Source: Epiperipatus broadwayi (lineage: Eukaryota; Animalia; Onychophora). Taken from it: a stretch of 64,000 bases of DNA. The notes below the pieces were generated by a model. That model had not been told where the DNA came from and did no database searches. It saw nothing but the letters and a program-made list of their open reading frames with translations. Within the stretch, counting starts at the first letter, position 1. Every line of letters begins with the position of its first letter. The position numbers and the translations under genes are program-made. Location: positions 26,474,001-26,538,000 of the forward strand of contig JAQFVV010000003.1 of assembly GCA_028023455.1 (NCBI GenBank), read 5' to 3'. Positions 11,230 to 24,249 of the stretch are shown piece by piece.

Positions 11230-13610
11230 ATATGGGTAATCATTACATTTTGTGAGAATCAACATTCTAAAAATGCACATATTCTTAAAATATATGTTTT
11301 TACATTGGTTCTTGGTAGAATGCATACTAAAAATGATTTGGCTACTTTTGTTTCTAACCATCTAGCAAAACAAACAATTTTTATTGAAGGTAGTTCAAAT
11401 GATATAGCAATCACAATTCAGATAGATAATCTTCAGTTATACAGTAACAATTCTCCTTATACAAACTGATTGATTCTGATCTTACTATACTTTTCTGTAT
11501 TGTAATTATTGTAAATTACATTACAATGCTTATATCAATTTAAAACCAAAATAATAGAAAATTTTGAAAAATAACTTTAAAAATAAATAAATAAATATTT
11601 CAATATTATGGCATCAATTTATTGAATAATCTGAAAATAATATTAATAGAATCTCATCCATCTCTTTTAAACATGATAGACTTAACAAATTCATCATTAT
11701 AATTGCCAAAACATTTATTCTTCAAGATATCAAAAACAATACTGCCAAGCAAGAATAAAGTCACTAGTGTTCTTTTTATAGTAATTGTTTAACAAAGATC
11801 CAGAAGTCTTTGATAATTTTATAAAATTACTTGATAGTAAACAAAAACAAAAAACAAGATGAAGAAAGACTATAGAAAAATAAAACTTCACAAGATTTAT
11901 TTGAAAGGGTTACTTTTATGTAGGTTTGCTGTGTATAGTAACAACTTCTAAAATAACTATCACTTTTATCACTAATGAGAATGTCAGTTTTATATATCAT
12001 GTTTCTAAATTCAAGATTAACAGAATCAGTAATAGCTTCTCTACAGCAAAATTATAAATTTAACTTTTCACATTGTTTTCTGATCTCATCTTAATAGAAT
12101 CTATAGATATTGATAACTTGTATTTGATTGATTTAAAAAGAAAAAACATAGGTATAGTTAGCATATTTTAGACTTTTTATAAAATTTAGGGCCTTAAGTC
12201 ATATTAGTTGGGAAAGCTTTTCAGCAACATTATTAATTCAAAAACTATTCCAAATAATTGGAAAGCAAAATTATAGCAATCTTAAAACTTAACAGTGATT
12301 CATAAAAATTATCATCCAATAGCTTTATTATGTGTTTTTTACAAATTGTTTGAAAAATACTCTTAAGAAATTATTATGCTAATTGCCAAGAACCTTTTTT
12401 GACAGGATTTAGACTAGAATGAAATTATTGTGAACAAGTTTTATCTTAAATAATTCACATGGGGAAAAAATAATATAAGCCAAAAACTTTTGTCACCTTT
12501 TTGATTTAATGTCATTTTATGATTCTGTTTGTAAAAACAATCTTCTAAAAATCTCTAGAATATTTTACTACAAGAAAACTATTAATTTGCATAATAAAAT
12601 GCTCTTCAATAGAAAATTTCAAGAGTCGCTTAATGTTAATAATATTGGATACAAAATTTTAATGGAAAAAAATCTACAGAATTTAGTTCTGTAATGTATT
12701 TAATTTATCCATAATCTTCCACAGATTCTCTATCTAATTTAATTTAATGCTCTCTGCATTAAATTTATCTAATGACATTGCTTTAGTTTTGCAAAAGAGA
12801 TATTTCAGAAATAGAAAGTTGTTGTTTTTTTTTAATGTAGATATAAAAAATTTGGAAATATCTTCAAAGATTGTAGTTGTGGTTTTAATTTCATAAAAAC
12901 AGTATGCTTAATTTTTCATCTAAATGAAGATAATAATTTTCAGCAATGAAGTTTTGTCTTTATGTTATTTAGGAAGAATTATACCTTAATTTAGTTCTCT
13001 CCTTTATCAAAGGTTGGCTCCAAATATGTTCTAGGAATACCATCCTTGGAAAGTATCTAGAAAGATTGTGATGCAAATAATCCAAGGATTGTTTTCTTGG
13101 CTCTAATATATTCTACTTATTAATATGAATGTTTCTTTTTGGAAAGTACTCACAATAAACTATTGGATATGATATGAGAAATGTTATTGACAAATCCATC
13201 CTCTTTTAGTGGTTTTCTGACTTCCACATACTCTACCAGATATCAGAAGATAAGATACACCATTTACAACAATCTTGCATCTGGATGCTTAACCAAGAAT
13301 CCGTCAAACAATCAAAGAATTATAAGATGAGAAATTAACTTTTTGCGAGCTCTAAATTTTTTTTTCTAATATTAATGGAGTTTATCAACAGTCATTGTGC
13401 TTATTTGCTTCAGAAATGGAATTTAATAGCATCTGACTTATGTACTTGTGGTCAAACACAAATTATGAATCAGAAAATTTGTGATTGTCAGATCTCCATA
13501 TAGCTTGATAGAATTGAAGAAGTGTTTAATAAAACTATTTAAAAAAATCTATCTCCTGATTAGAATTCTTACAAATTCATTTGTAATAGTTGTTTGTCAA
13601 TAAGTTAGCT
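11230..13610 (+). mobile_element. Decayed Vingi/Ingi-like LINE
   Basis: Residual motifs occur in order. HTKNDLATFV and TIQIDNLQL are APE-like (ORF 11218-11469). KNYHPIALLCVFYKLFEK lies near 12305, and GFRLE..CEQVLS near 12405. A terminal CTCGQTQ-MN-like Cys motif lies near 13443-13490. Confidence 0.6.
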
Positions 13611-13686
13611 GTCTAAAAAAAATCATTTACTAAAATATTTTATAACTCTTTATATTTATTTTTTTCTTAAGAAAATTAATCAATTA

Positions 13687-13961
13687 TATAAATATCTTCT
13701 GATTCATATGAAAATTTTCCATAAATTTGTCTATTCTATTCTCTTTCTTTTTTTTCAAAATATTTGCTTTATCATTAACTAATTCTCTCTATAAAATACC
13801 TTTTCAACATCAATGAAACATTTTTTTCCTCTTTATCTCTTTGTATGTGTGTGTATAATTCCTGTTGCATCTCTAATCCCACTATCTTATCCAAATCCAT
13901 TTTCAAATAGAAATATTTCTAATCTGTTATAAATATGTGTATACAAGATTCTCAACAGCAT
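13687..13961. repeat. 275-bp segment duplicated at 15317-15590; minus strand is a decayed RTE-type RT fragment
   Basis: Near-identical direct copies 1630 bp apart. The reverse complement reads GF..GIRDATGII, CFIDVEKVFYR and NFHMNQK, matching the RT motifs GFR/RDA and FIDxEKAFD. Confidence 0.8.
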
Positions 13962-15316
13962 TTTAAATTAATTGACAATATATTAGTTTTTTTAAATTTA
14001 TATTTCTTGTAAAAAAAAAATGTAATTATTTCTTTGTAATTATTTATGTATATTTTTTTATGACAAGATCATAAGTGCTTCTATTTACTGTAAAAGGATG
14101 AGGGTAAAAATAACAAAAAAAATGATTTCTTTGGTCAAATTATGTATTTTAAAAATCATCTATTAATATGGCATTTGTATTTGAGACACCATTAAGCTTT
14201 AAATTGTTTAAAAATCAAAGAGAGTTGATTTGAAATATTATTTTTTTAGTAAATGAGTTTATTTAATAAATGTAACACATAACAGAACATTACAGTAAAA
14301 TAAATGGGTGTTGTTTTTTTTTACTAGCAGGATTTGTTGTTTTGGAAGTGAATATATAAAGTTTTATTTTTTTAACTGTCTCACTCACATACAGTTATAT
14401 TTTAATTAAATAAAATATATTTTCAAAATTAATTCATACTTAATATATTCTAAAAGTTGTAAATTTAATTAATATGTTAATAATTATTATACACAAAAAA
14501 AAACAATCTTCATTCTATCATTTTATTATTCTAATAATAATGAAAACATATAAGGTCACTGGTATGTAAAAAATTGCCAAGTGCAAAGATATTCTAAATA
14601 AGATCTAAATAAATAGTAATAATTTATTTTAATATTCTGCTTAAGATATTCATTCATATTTTATATTCATTTTTAGCTTCAAATTTGTTTGTTTTTTAAT
14701 ATTCAGAATTAATTATGGATATTACTTCATTAATGCTATTTTATATTTATTTGAAAATTGAATATTCATTTACTATTATGTTTATATTAAATATTCAATT
14801 ACTCATTCTATTTTATGCTAATATCTTCACTATCATGCATCACTCCTTTATTCAAGATACTTACTGCAATTATATATATTTAGGAGTCTTCTCAAATAAT
14901 ATATTATTATTTAAACTAAAGGGTGTGTGTGTGATTCTTTTTCAACAAATATCAGTCGCCATGGAGAGATGTTGCATTTTGTAGACCTTCCAACAAATTG
15001 AACATATATATACAGTAATAAAAATGAAATACATAAATAAACAGTTAAAAATAAATGATTGATTTTTTTAATAAATTACCAGTTTTCCTTTTGACTTTTT
15101 CAAATGGTCTTTTAACTTGTAGGTCAAATTTAAAACAAAGAAAAGTTCAATTAATAACAAAAACTTTCTTATAAGGAATTTTCAGACGTGTAGAATATAA
15201 TGTAAATACAGGTAGTAAGTTAATGAAATGTTGCTTTCAATATTTTTTTTTCTCCTAGAAATTTCATGTTAGTTTTTCTAAATTATGTTAAGATATATTC
15301 CCTATCTTTTTCAGTG

Positions 15317-15590
15317 TATAAATATCTTCTGATTCATATAAAAATTTTCCATAAATTTGTCTATTCTATTCTCTTTCTTTTTTTCAAAATATTTGCTTTA
15401 TCATTAACTAATTCTCTCTATAAAATACCTTTTTCAACATCAATGAAACATTTTTTCCTCTTTATCTCTTTGTATGTGTGTGTATAATTCCTGTTGCATC
15501 TCTAATCCCACTATCTTATTCAAATCCATTTTCAAATAGAAATATTTCTAATCTGTTATAAATATATGTATACAAGATTCTCAACAGCAT
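15317..15590. repeat. Second copy of the 275-bp duplicated segment
   Basis: Matches 13687-13961 with only a few differences. Confidence 0.85.
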
Positions 15591-18500
15591 AATTGAGGTG
15601 TAGATACTTATTCTGTATAATAAACAATCATGATCTCCTCACCATTTCTTTTCTAGTCTTTGTGCAGATACTGCCTATCACTAAGAAGTCTATTATATAA
15701 TTTAATTTAAAAATGAAATATATTTATAAATTAACAAAAATAAAATAATGCTGTTATAAAAGCCCATGGAGTCATAAATTAAAAGAGATAACACATTTAT
15801 ATCTAAAAATATATCTAAGCACTCTCTTTTTAAAAAGAAAATCTACTATTCTTTATGTTTTTGTTGTGATGAAAATTTATGATGATGATTATTGAAATGC
15901 AAAAGATAAATTTGCAAAATGTAAGTGTGCTTGTCTTTATAGATAACAACAATTATTTTAGTGATGTTTTTACAATATCAGCAATAGTATTTAAAATAGT
16001 TTTTATGCACAGGTAGCTAGCTATGTTAGCAATTTTTCCAAACTTAAAAGAAGATATTTCTGTATCTATATAATGTAAGTGAATAAAAATATATCCTGAA
16101 GTTGAACACCATTTGTAACTGAATAAAAATTTGGGTCATATTGCATCCTTTGTCATAGTCTATTTATTGATCACCATTTACAATAGAATAAAAATATGAA
16201 CCAAGAAAGAACAATCCTAATTTAATAATGCCCATGAATTATAGTATCATTTGTAATAGAATGAAAACAATAAACTAACCTAAAGTGAATAAAACAATGA
16301 TAATAATATTTGTTGAAAACTCATGAATTCAAATAGCATTTACAATGAATAGATAACAAACAAAATCATTTCCAACTACTCTAAAATATGAGTATTATTT
16401 GCAATAGATTAAAAATGAAGCAATAAAACTAAATATCAGTATCTTGTAAACAATTATTTATGCCTATTATATAATCTGCTTATAATAAAATTAATGACAA
16501 AGAATTAAACAATTAAATTTTAATATTACTTATGAATCAAAACACTTTGTACTAATATAAAATTGTACTAAAAATTAAACATTATTTATATTTAAACAAA
16601 ATAATTCATGGATTGATGAGATAATAATTTTAATATGCCCTACAAGTCTAAAATATCAATGATATCTAAATAAATAGATTACTTAATAATTGATTTTAAA
16701 TTATAACTAAATAAAATAAAAAGTAATTTTAATTTAACCATGCTATTTCACTAATACCAATATGCTCTTATTGATTAAGTTAATTATAATAAGAGTAAAT
16801 ACTCAATAATAATATAAAATCAATTAATCTAACATATCTCTCTACTTTCACCAATTTATAATACTATAAAATAAAATCATCTTATTAGATAACATTAAAA
16901 TTTATAATATCTAATCACATCAATATACATATAATGATAGATTTCTATTTGATGCTTGTTCAAACACGATAAATCATATATAATTATTCTTCATTTTAAT
17001 AAAGCTAAGTTGCTAAAAGTTTAGACTAATTATTAAAATATATGAAGATTATTAATGTTTATTCTAATCAAATATTAATATTAAAATTTAATATTTAAAC
17101 TAAATTTACAATCCACATCAATGAACTTTAAATATAATTAAAGCAAATCACTCTAATTTGTAACAGAATAAAATATATTACTATTACCAGCTCTATAACT
17201 GGATAAGATCCACTTTAATCAATAATGATTTAAAATAAATTATAAGTAGTTAATTGCAATTACTTTTAATCATCTTCACTAATTATCATATTTGTACTTT
17301 TATCAATTATTGGGTCAATTCATACATAATTTTTACCTTAATATAACTGTTACTTGTTACTAACAAAATAATTATAATAAGCTTTTAATTATTTATTAAA
17401 TATTTAAAAATGTCAAATCAATTAATTTATTGCTATATAAAAATATATACCTGGTCAGATAATAAATATTAAATTTAGTACAAGAAAATGATATGTAATT
17501 ATACTCTCTTACCCATCCTGTGGTTTGGTTTCTGAACTATTTTGTAACAACTTCTAATGAATTATGTGGTATAATCAATTAATGGATATCTTCTCATCCA
17601 AATACAACTAACCAATAAATTTGCATTATAAAATTGAATGACAACCAAGTCAGTTAACTTGTTTTAAATTAATTCAAAATTTATTAACAAATGGATAAAA
17701 ATTAAAAATATGTATGGCAAACACCATAAATTTTTTTAAAATATACAGATGATCTGATCATGTCTTATTTAATAGGTTCTCAATTGACATTAATTCTTTT
17801 AAATTAAATAAGTGATTGTACATTCAACATTACCTATCAAATGCTAAGATTAAAATGTATATTTATGTAACACAAATGTATTGTAATACACATGCATTTT
17901 TCAAATTATAAGAGTCAAGAATATTCTTAATCTTTAAATAAAAAAATAATTAATTGAAATAAAAATGTACTAAAGATGGACCTACCTATTCATTATTCTG
18001 AGAGTATAAGATAAAAATAAATACTTGAAAATAATTTATAATCAATGAATAAGAACAAATATTTTTAAATTATAATTATAATTACTAAGCTATTAAATAT
18101 AAATTTAAATTTAGAAAGACATAACATCTATGTTTTAATTGTATAAATTAAATCTCAACTTAAATTGTATTATCTATACAGTTATATATACAAAATAATA
18201 ATAATGATATATATAATAGCAAATAACCTGAGTAGTTGTCTTCAAATATGATATTTCCAAAACAATACTATAGTTTTAATGCCCATTTCTTAAATCATGA
18301 TCTGTCAATATTTTATTATTCCAGAGAATGTATAAATATCACAAAAAGCTATAAGATTTAAAGCACTTTTTTTTTTCATTCCAATATTTACTATATATCC
18401 AAGTTATTTTTTCATTTAGCAGATATTTGATCTATATAATTTATTATAAGTGATGAAAACATTAATTTATATCTATAATAATGCAATGTAAAATTTTGAA

Positions 18501-19019
18501 AATAGAATAACAAGATTATAAATACATACTTTTTTTATTATGATAATATTGAGTATGTGATTGTCTAAAGATATATTTTTATTGGATTGGGAATATAAAA
18601 TAGATAAAACTTCCAAAAAAGTATTTAAAGTGAACTTGGACATTATTTTATATTCTAATTACATTATAATGTTTATCTCAATATTATGAAGAGATACAAT
18701 TAGATGAAATCTTCAGAAAGAAGAATTTGATGTTGAAAAACAATATCACAAGATATCAGTTTGTATGTGTGCATCTTTAATTACTTTTTTTAAAAAACAT
18801 ATATATTTTTCTCTTAGAAAGTATATCCACTAACCATTCTTTTGAGTCATTTATTACAATACAAATCTCAACTAATTCTCTCAAATTCTACAAGTTCTAA
18901 TCAAATTTTCTTTTTCTTGATCCAATAATAAAATCAGCTGATATATTATTCTTTAATTTATCAGAGTCTCGGTCATAGATTCAAAGCAAATCATGGTCAT
19001 TACTTTCATCTGCTATATA

Positions 19020-19170
19020 AGTGAAATTTAATGGCCACTGACTTAATCAGATGTGGACAAACACCAATCATGAATCACATATTTAATTGCTGTCAGATTT
19101 ATGGCTACCAGTGGTAGAATTGAAGGATTTAATAAAGTTTCAGGTGAATCTGTCTCTTGATTGGAATCTT
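19020..19170 (+). mobile_element. 3'-end fragment of the same Vingi-like LINE family
   Basis: TGTGGACAAACACCAATCATGAATCAC...AGAATTGAAG...TTTAATAAA aligns to 13447-13535. Confidence 0.55.
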
Positions 19171-19949
19171 TGCTTTAGGTTTCTTATATTTGGGTAATAA
19201 TTAAATTGTCTTTTAAAAAATTTCTTTTTTTTTCATTACTTTTAATATATCAACTAGAATCTCACCAAATTTTTTTTTGCCAACTTTATATTATATGCCG
19301 TGATTTTTTTTATCCAAATTCTTTTACTCCATTATCTATATATTAAATCAAACCAAGTTTTTCTTTATGATTTTTTTATCTTTTATATTCTCTCCATTAG
19401 CTTTATTGTTTTCATATTGTTGATAAGCCTTCTGTAGATACTTTTTCTTCAGTATATTTTTTTTTTCTTTTTTTTTTTTTAGCATCTCAACATTTATAGC
19501 AAAATTATCAATTATTCTCATTAAATTAAGTTAACATTTGGTCTTAATTATTTTTATCACTTTTTGCAATATGCAGAAAAAAATGTACTTATGCTTCTAT
19601 TAATGTTGGGTATTACTTAAACAACATACATTTTATAAATATCAGCTCTATATTGTAGTGTTCAAATATTATTGATCTCCCAGTAACAAACTGTTTATTT
19701 ATTTATTTTTTATATTATAGTTTTATATTTTTTTAATTATGATGGACACTTTAATTTTTATATTAAAGATATTTTTTTATTCAGAAACTGTATAATAATT
19801 TAAAATTCTTATCCACAAACATTTTGCTATTATAAAATACATATATTTCTTTTTTTATTAGTTGATTATTATGGTTTCATAAATAGGAGTATTAAGATCA
19901 AGATACAACTTACAAAGATTTATTAACAGAATGGATTGTGGGAAGTCAC

Positions 19950-20760
19950 AAATAATACTTTTAGTAACAAATTTTCCATTTTTGATGACAAATTATAATA
20001 AGCCTTGGACAAATTCAAGTCTAAAAATCATCAAGTAAGATTGATCAAAACCAGTGTCCACTCAGTATCGGTTAAAACACTAGATCTACATTAACAGTTT
20101 ATGTCTTTTTATATTTTTCTGTATACTTTTAAGAGTTTTATTGACTAGGTTGCTTCTAGTTATAGATCAATGGTTAACAAAATCTCAGTGTGATTTTAGA
20201 AAATCAAGAAACACTTTAAAGAAATGTGATGAGCAAAAACTTAACTTATATATTGCTTTTATAAATTTAGAGAAAGCATTATGGCATAATTAAAATTGGC
20301 TATTTGTCCACCAATGTTTTTTTTATATATTATATGGCATTTTAATGGAAGTATTATTAATGAAGAAAAATCTCAGCTATTTGAAATAAAACTTGGCATG
20401 AGACAATAATATATACTAACTCTGTTTTTGTTTTTCATTTTTATGATCATTTTTGGGAACAATTATTAGTAGCTTATCATAATCAATTAAAAATAAAAAC
20501 ATCATCTTTTTGATTACTACATGTTATCAATTCAAAGAGTGATCTACAGAATGTCCTTAGAAAGACTTTGATTTAACAATTAATATTCAAAATCTCATAT
20601 CTTTTATTAGTTAGAAACAGAAAAAAAAATCAGTTTAAAAGAATTAATTTAGATCAAAAGGCAGTTTTGGGCATTGGGTGCAACATAGACTCTTATGAGC
20701 TGATGTTACATTTAACATGCTAAAACATATCAGTGATAAATCTACTTCAACTAAATTAGT
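19950..20760 (+). mobile_element. Decayed RTE-clade LINE RT fragment
   Basis: QCDFRKSR, KCDEQKLNLYIAFINLEKA (about 20185-20280) and FEIKLGMRQ (about 20380) match RTE RT motifs. Confidence 0.65.
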
Positions 20761-20856
20761 TCTATATAGGTTTGTTATTCTGATAAATTTATTGTATGGA
20801 TATAAGATATGGATTTTTTATTAATTTAAGGTTGTATTTCCATAAACATAAAACCT

Positions 20857-20958
20857 ATCGATTACTCTGGTTTGCACTGAGTGGCACTACTGGATAAAGT
20901 GTTGCCTGTTATAAAAGCTTGTGTAAGGATAGGAAATGGTGATCATGTGAAATTAATG
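20857..20958 (+). mobile_element. Hammerhead-family fragment C (no ribozyme core)
   Basis: GATTACTCTGGTTTGCACTGAGTGGCACTACTG...GGTGATCATGTGA matches the monomer region downstream of the ribozyme. Confidence 0.75.
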
Positions 20959-21682
20959 AATAGTAACACACTTTCTGAAAGTTTTTTATGATGGGTATAA
21001 TTTTCATAGGAGAGAAATTCCATTTACATTTTAAAGATTATCTCAAATACATTCTGAAGAGGTTCAATAATTATTTCTTTTCATTTGGTGAATATGGTTA
21101 AAGGTAGATGGAGAGTTACAATTAAGGAATATGTTTCAGATAGAAAAGTTTGTTACAAAGGAAGATAAAACAGCATCATAAACATATGATATGTATATGA
21201 ATATATTTATATTTCTTGGGTTGGTTTTTATAATAATTACAAAACTTCTCTTTTAATTATTTTTTTGGGAATTACAATAAGTTTAAGCACTAACTAATAA
21301 TGATGATGATGATGATTATAACATTTTCATTAAATAAAATATTGAAAAACTTCTTAATTCTCCTTTCATTTTTTTATTTAGTGTTAGAAAGCTCTTGTTT
21401 ACTAAGTTATCTCAATTATAATAAATGGAGTTTTTGTTCATAATATAAATATGTTTAAAATCCTGTGATGAAAATGTAAAGTATGCCATAGCGAAAATAG
21501 CATTGATATTTTTCCAAAAAAAAAAAAAAGATATTAAAAAAAAAATAAAAATGGAATATTAACTTTTTCCCTCTAGCTGTTGTATATAAAATATAAATTA
21601 GTTATATATCTGTTCTGATATTATTCTTAAACAATACCAAATATTTGTTAATGGATATAGAATATTCTATGTAAAAATTCGT

Positions 21683-22961
21683 TACTCATCTTATAGCTAA
21701 AGACGCCGCTCTATGGCGCCGTTTTTGCACTAAAACACATAAAAATGCTGTTTCTGCGGCCGACACGTTCGAAACCGTGTTTTCTATAATACAACTTTTT
21801 TGTTGTGCTACAGAATGCAGGCCGCTATGTCGCGTTGCAGTACAGCATGTATGTCGCATCGCAGCAAATACATTTTCCGAATTCGCACAATTTATAAAAT
21901 AATTACGGCTTGATGAGAGAGTTTGTATTTGAATTCGATGGAAATGTTGTTTTCATTGGATTTTTTTTGATTTTAAAGTATTGAAATGTTCAGATTTTTT
22001 AAAGTAATAATTCAAAGACTTTTTACAACGTACTGTATTGAAGTTTTAATTGGGAAAATGTTAAATATCTATGCTTTTAGTGAGTTGCAATTAGGTAACG
22101 TGTCAAGTAACATACTGTTTGTAACATTCCACGAGACAAAGAAGATTCTACCATGTGTATATTTTTGAAGTAAAAAAAAACGGTACCAAAAAAATATCCA
22201 GTAAGAAAAGTACAAATATACACGATTTTTTGTAAATTTAATAAAAAGCAAATATTATAAACATGTTTAATAAGTAAAGAAGACATTTATATGTGTTTGT
22301 TGTTGTTTAAAAAAGTTTGAGTTTCTTTATTTTGTCTGAGTATGGTTACGATTTTGAATTTTTTTATTTTAGCATTACAAACAACAGAACACTAACCCTA
22401 AAACTAACCCTGAACCTAACCGTAACAACTTTTACTTTTTATTGTCATTCTATTTGAAGTAAAAAATAGCTATAATATCTTTTTGTCTGTAAAAAAAAAA
22501 ACTAAAATGAAGACTAAAAAAATAAAAAATAGACTAAGAATTTTTACTTTTTATTACGATTATTATTTTTTAGTTAAACAACAACAACAAAAAAAGTCGT
22601 AACACAAGTAAAAAAAGATCCGATAGAAAATTGATAAAAAAAAGCCGTAACACAAGTAAAAAAATGTCCAATAAAAAATTGATAAAAAAAAGCTGTAACA
22701 CAATTAAAAAAATATACTATAGAAAAAACACAAATCAAATTGTAATTTGTTGATTTTATTTTACATTTATTATTATTATTTAAATTGTATACGTTAATAA
22801 AAAATAATATTTATAAAAGACAATTTTGTTTTGTTTTTATTTTCGCATTACAAAAAAGCACAGCAAAATTATTATAATCAACAGCCCGGGAATGGTCATA
22901 TTTTATAGTTTTAGCATGAAAATGGCACCATCCAACGGCATCTTTATCTATAAGACAAGCA
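21683..22961. mobile_element. Non-autonomous DNA transposon with about 50-bp imperfect TIRs, superfamily unassigned
   Basis: The left end TACTCATCTTATAGCTAAAGACGCCG..TGGCGCCGTTTT..CTAAAAC is the reverse complement of the right end. The interior retains CpG, unlike the flanks. No clear TSD. Confidence 0.7.
22592..22735. repeat. Internal minisatellite, 3 x 48 bp
   Basis: GTAACACAA recurs at 22599, 22647 and 22695. Confidence 0.8.
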
Positions 22962-24249
22962 CCAAAAATTCTTATTATATATGATTGTTTACATATAAAT
23001 ATATTTACATAAATATCTATGATTCATCATTAGTGATTAAGTTAAGTGCAATAATTCAGATTTATGCTCCAATAAATTTCATTCTCAACAAATCACACAA
23101 CATTTAAAAAATGTTATGGGAAATTTTATTGCTAGAGATGGAAAGCAGTGGATACATTTTCATATGGATATAAAGATGAAAAGGGACTAGGTTTATGAGA
23201 AAGAAAAACTAATTATTATGAACTCTAATAACAGTATCATATTATTTTTTTATATGCTAATCATATGCTTTTAAAAAAACAGTTATTTTTAATCAAACTA
23301 AAGTAATAACTTTTTTAATCAAAATTTATCTATACCTGAGGTCTTTAAAGTATATGGAAACTGAATTGATATCAGATCTATATGATTTTACAAGTGAGTT
23401 TGCTTGTGTTTAAAACCTTGGAATTTTTTTTTAATTTGAGGCTATTAGTTTAAATAGTATAAAGGAATAAAAAGTGACTACTACATGTATATATGCCTTG
23501 GTTCCATGTTTGAATTTTTGTCTTCACAGATGAAAGCAAAATCCAGAATTCAATCTGTGGATAAAGATATTGTAACACTACACTACCTGGTATATATTGA
23601 TTACTCAAACCCTCAATACATTTCTCTAAAATAGGGTGGAAATAACTGTTTTTGTAATTATTTTTGGAAAATTTCAAGGAAGAAATAGGCAAATAGATTA
23701 TAAGTTGATTAACAGAAAGTATATTTTTTTTTTTTGCAATTTGCTTTGTGGTCAACATAGAATGTGGTAATCAATTTATCAGGCATAAAATGTTTTAATA
23801 TAAAGCTTGAAAGAAAACTACTGAAAAATTATTAATATTTGATGATCCTAACTTCTATATATGTCATGATAAAGTTAATCTTGAACTTCTCAAACCATTT
23901 TTAAAATATTAAATAATTTTCCAGATGTATTAGACTTAAATAAGATCAGTAAGAAAGTAAGCAGCTTTATCATTAAATTTCCTTCTAAATCAAGGCAATA
24001 TGAGGGGTGACCCAAACATAATTGGAATTTAATAAAAAAAAATATTTATTTTTTAAGTGTTATAAATTTATTCTATTTCAATTTACTATCCATTTGATGC
24101 AATACACCAGGCTAAACATGGTTTTCATTTTTCAAAGTAGTCCAGAAATATTTGCAAAGTAATGCCATTTAATGCTACCATCATTTTTCCCCATCACTTT
24201 TAAGTCTGCAAAAAGAAAAATTGAAGCTTTTTTTTTATTTGAAAAATTA

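Noticed and set aside
13687-15590. LTR pair of a small LTR element (TRIM)
   Set aside because: No shared TG...CA termini, PBS, PPT or TSD, and the repeated sequence is RT-derived.
16200-18700. Possible very old L2/CR1-type LINE on the + strand
   Set aside because: Only faint motif echoes near 17770-17880; not enough to support a feature.
22390-22425. Interstitial telomere (TAACCC-like)
   Set aside because: Only two exact hexamers amid degenerate units, and they lie inside a TIR element.
22592-22735. Regularly spaced repeats resembling a CRISPR array
   Set aside because: The whole 48-bp unit repeats with no unique spacers, the context is eukaryotic, and there are no cas genes.
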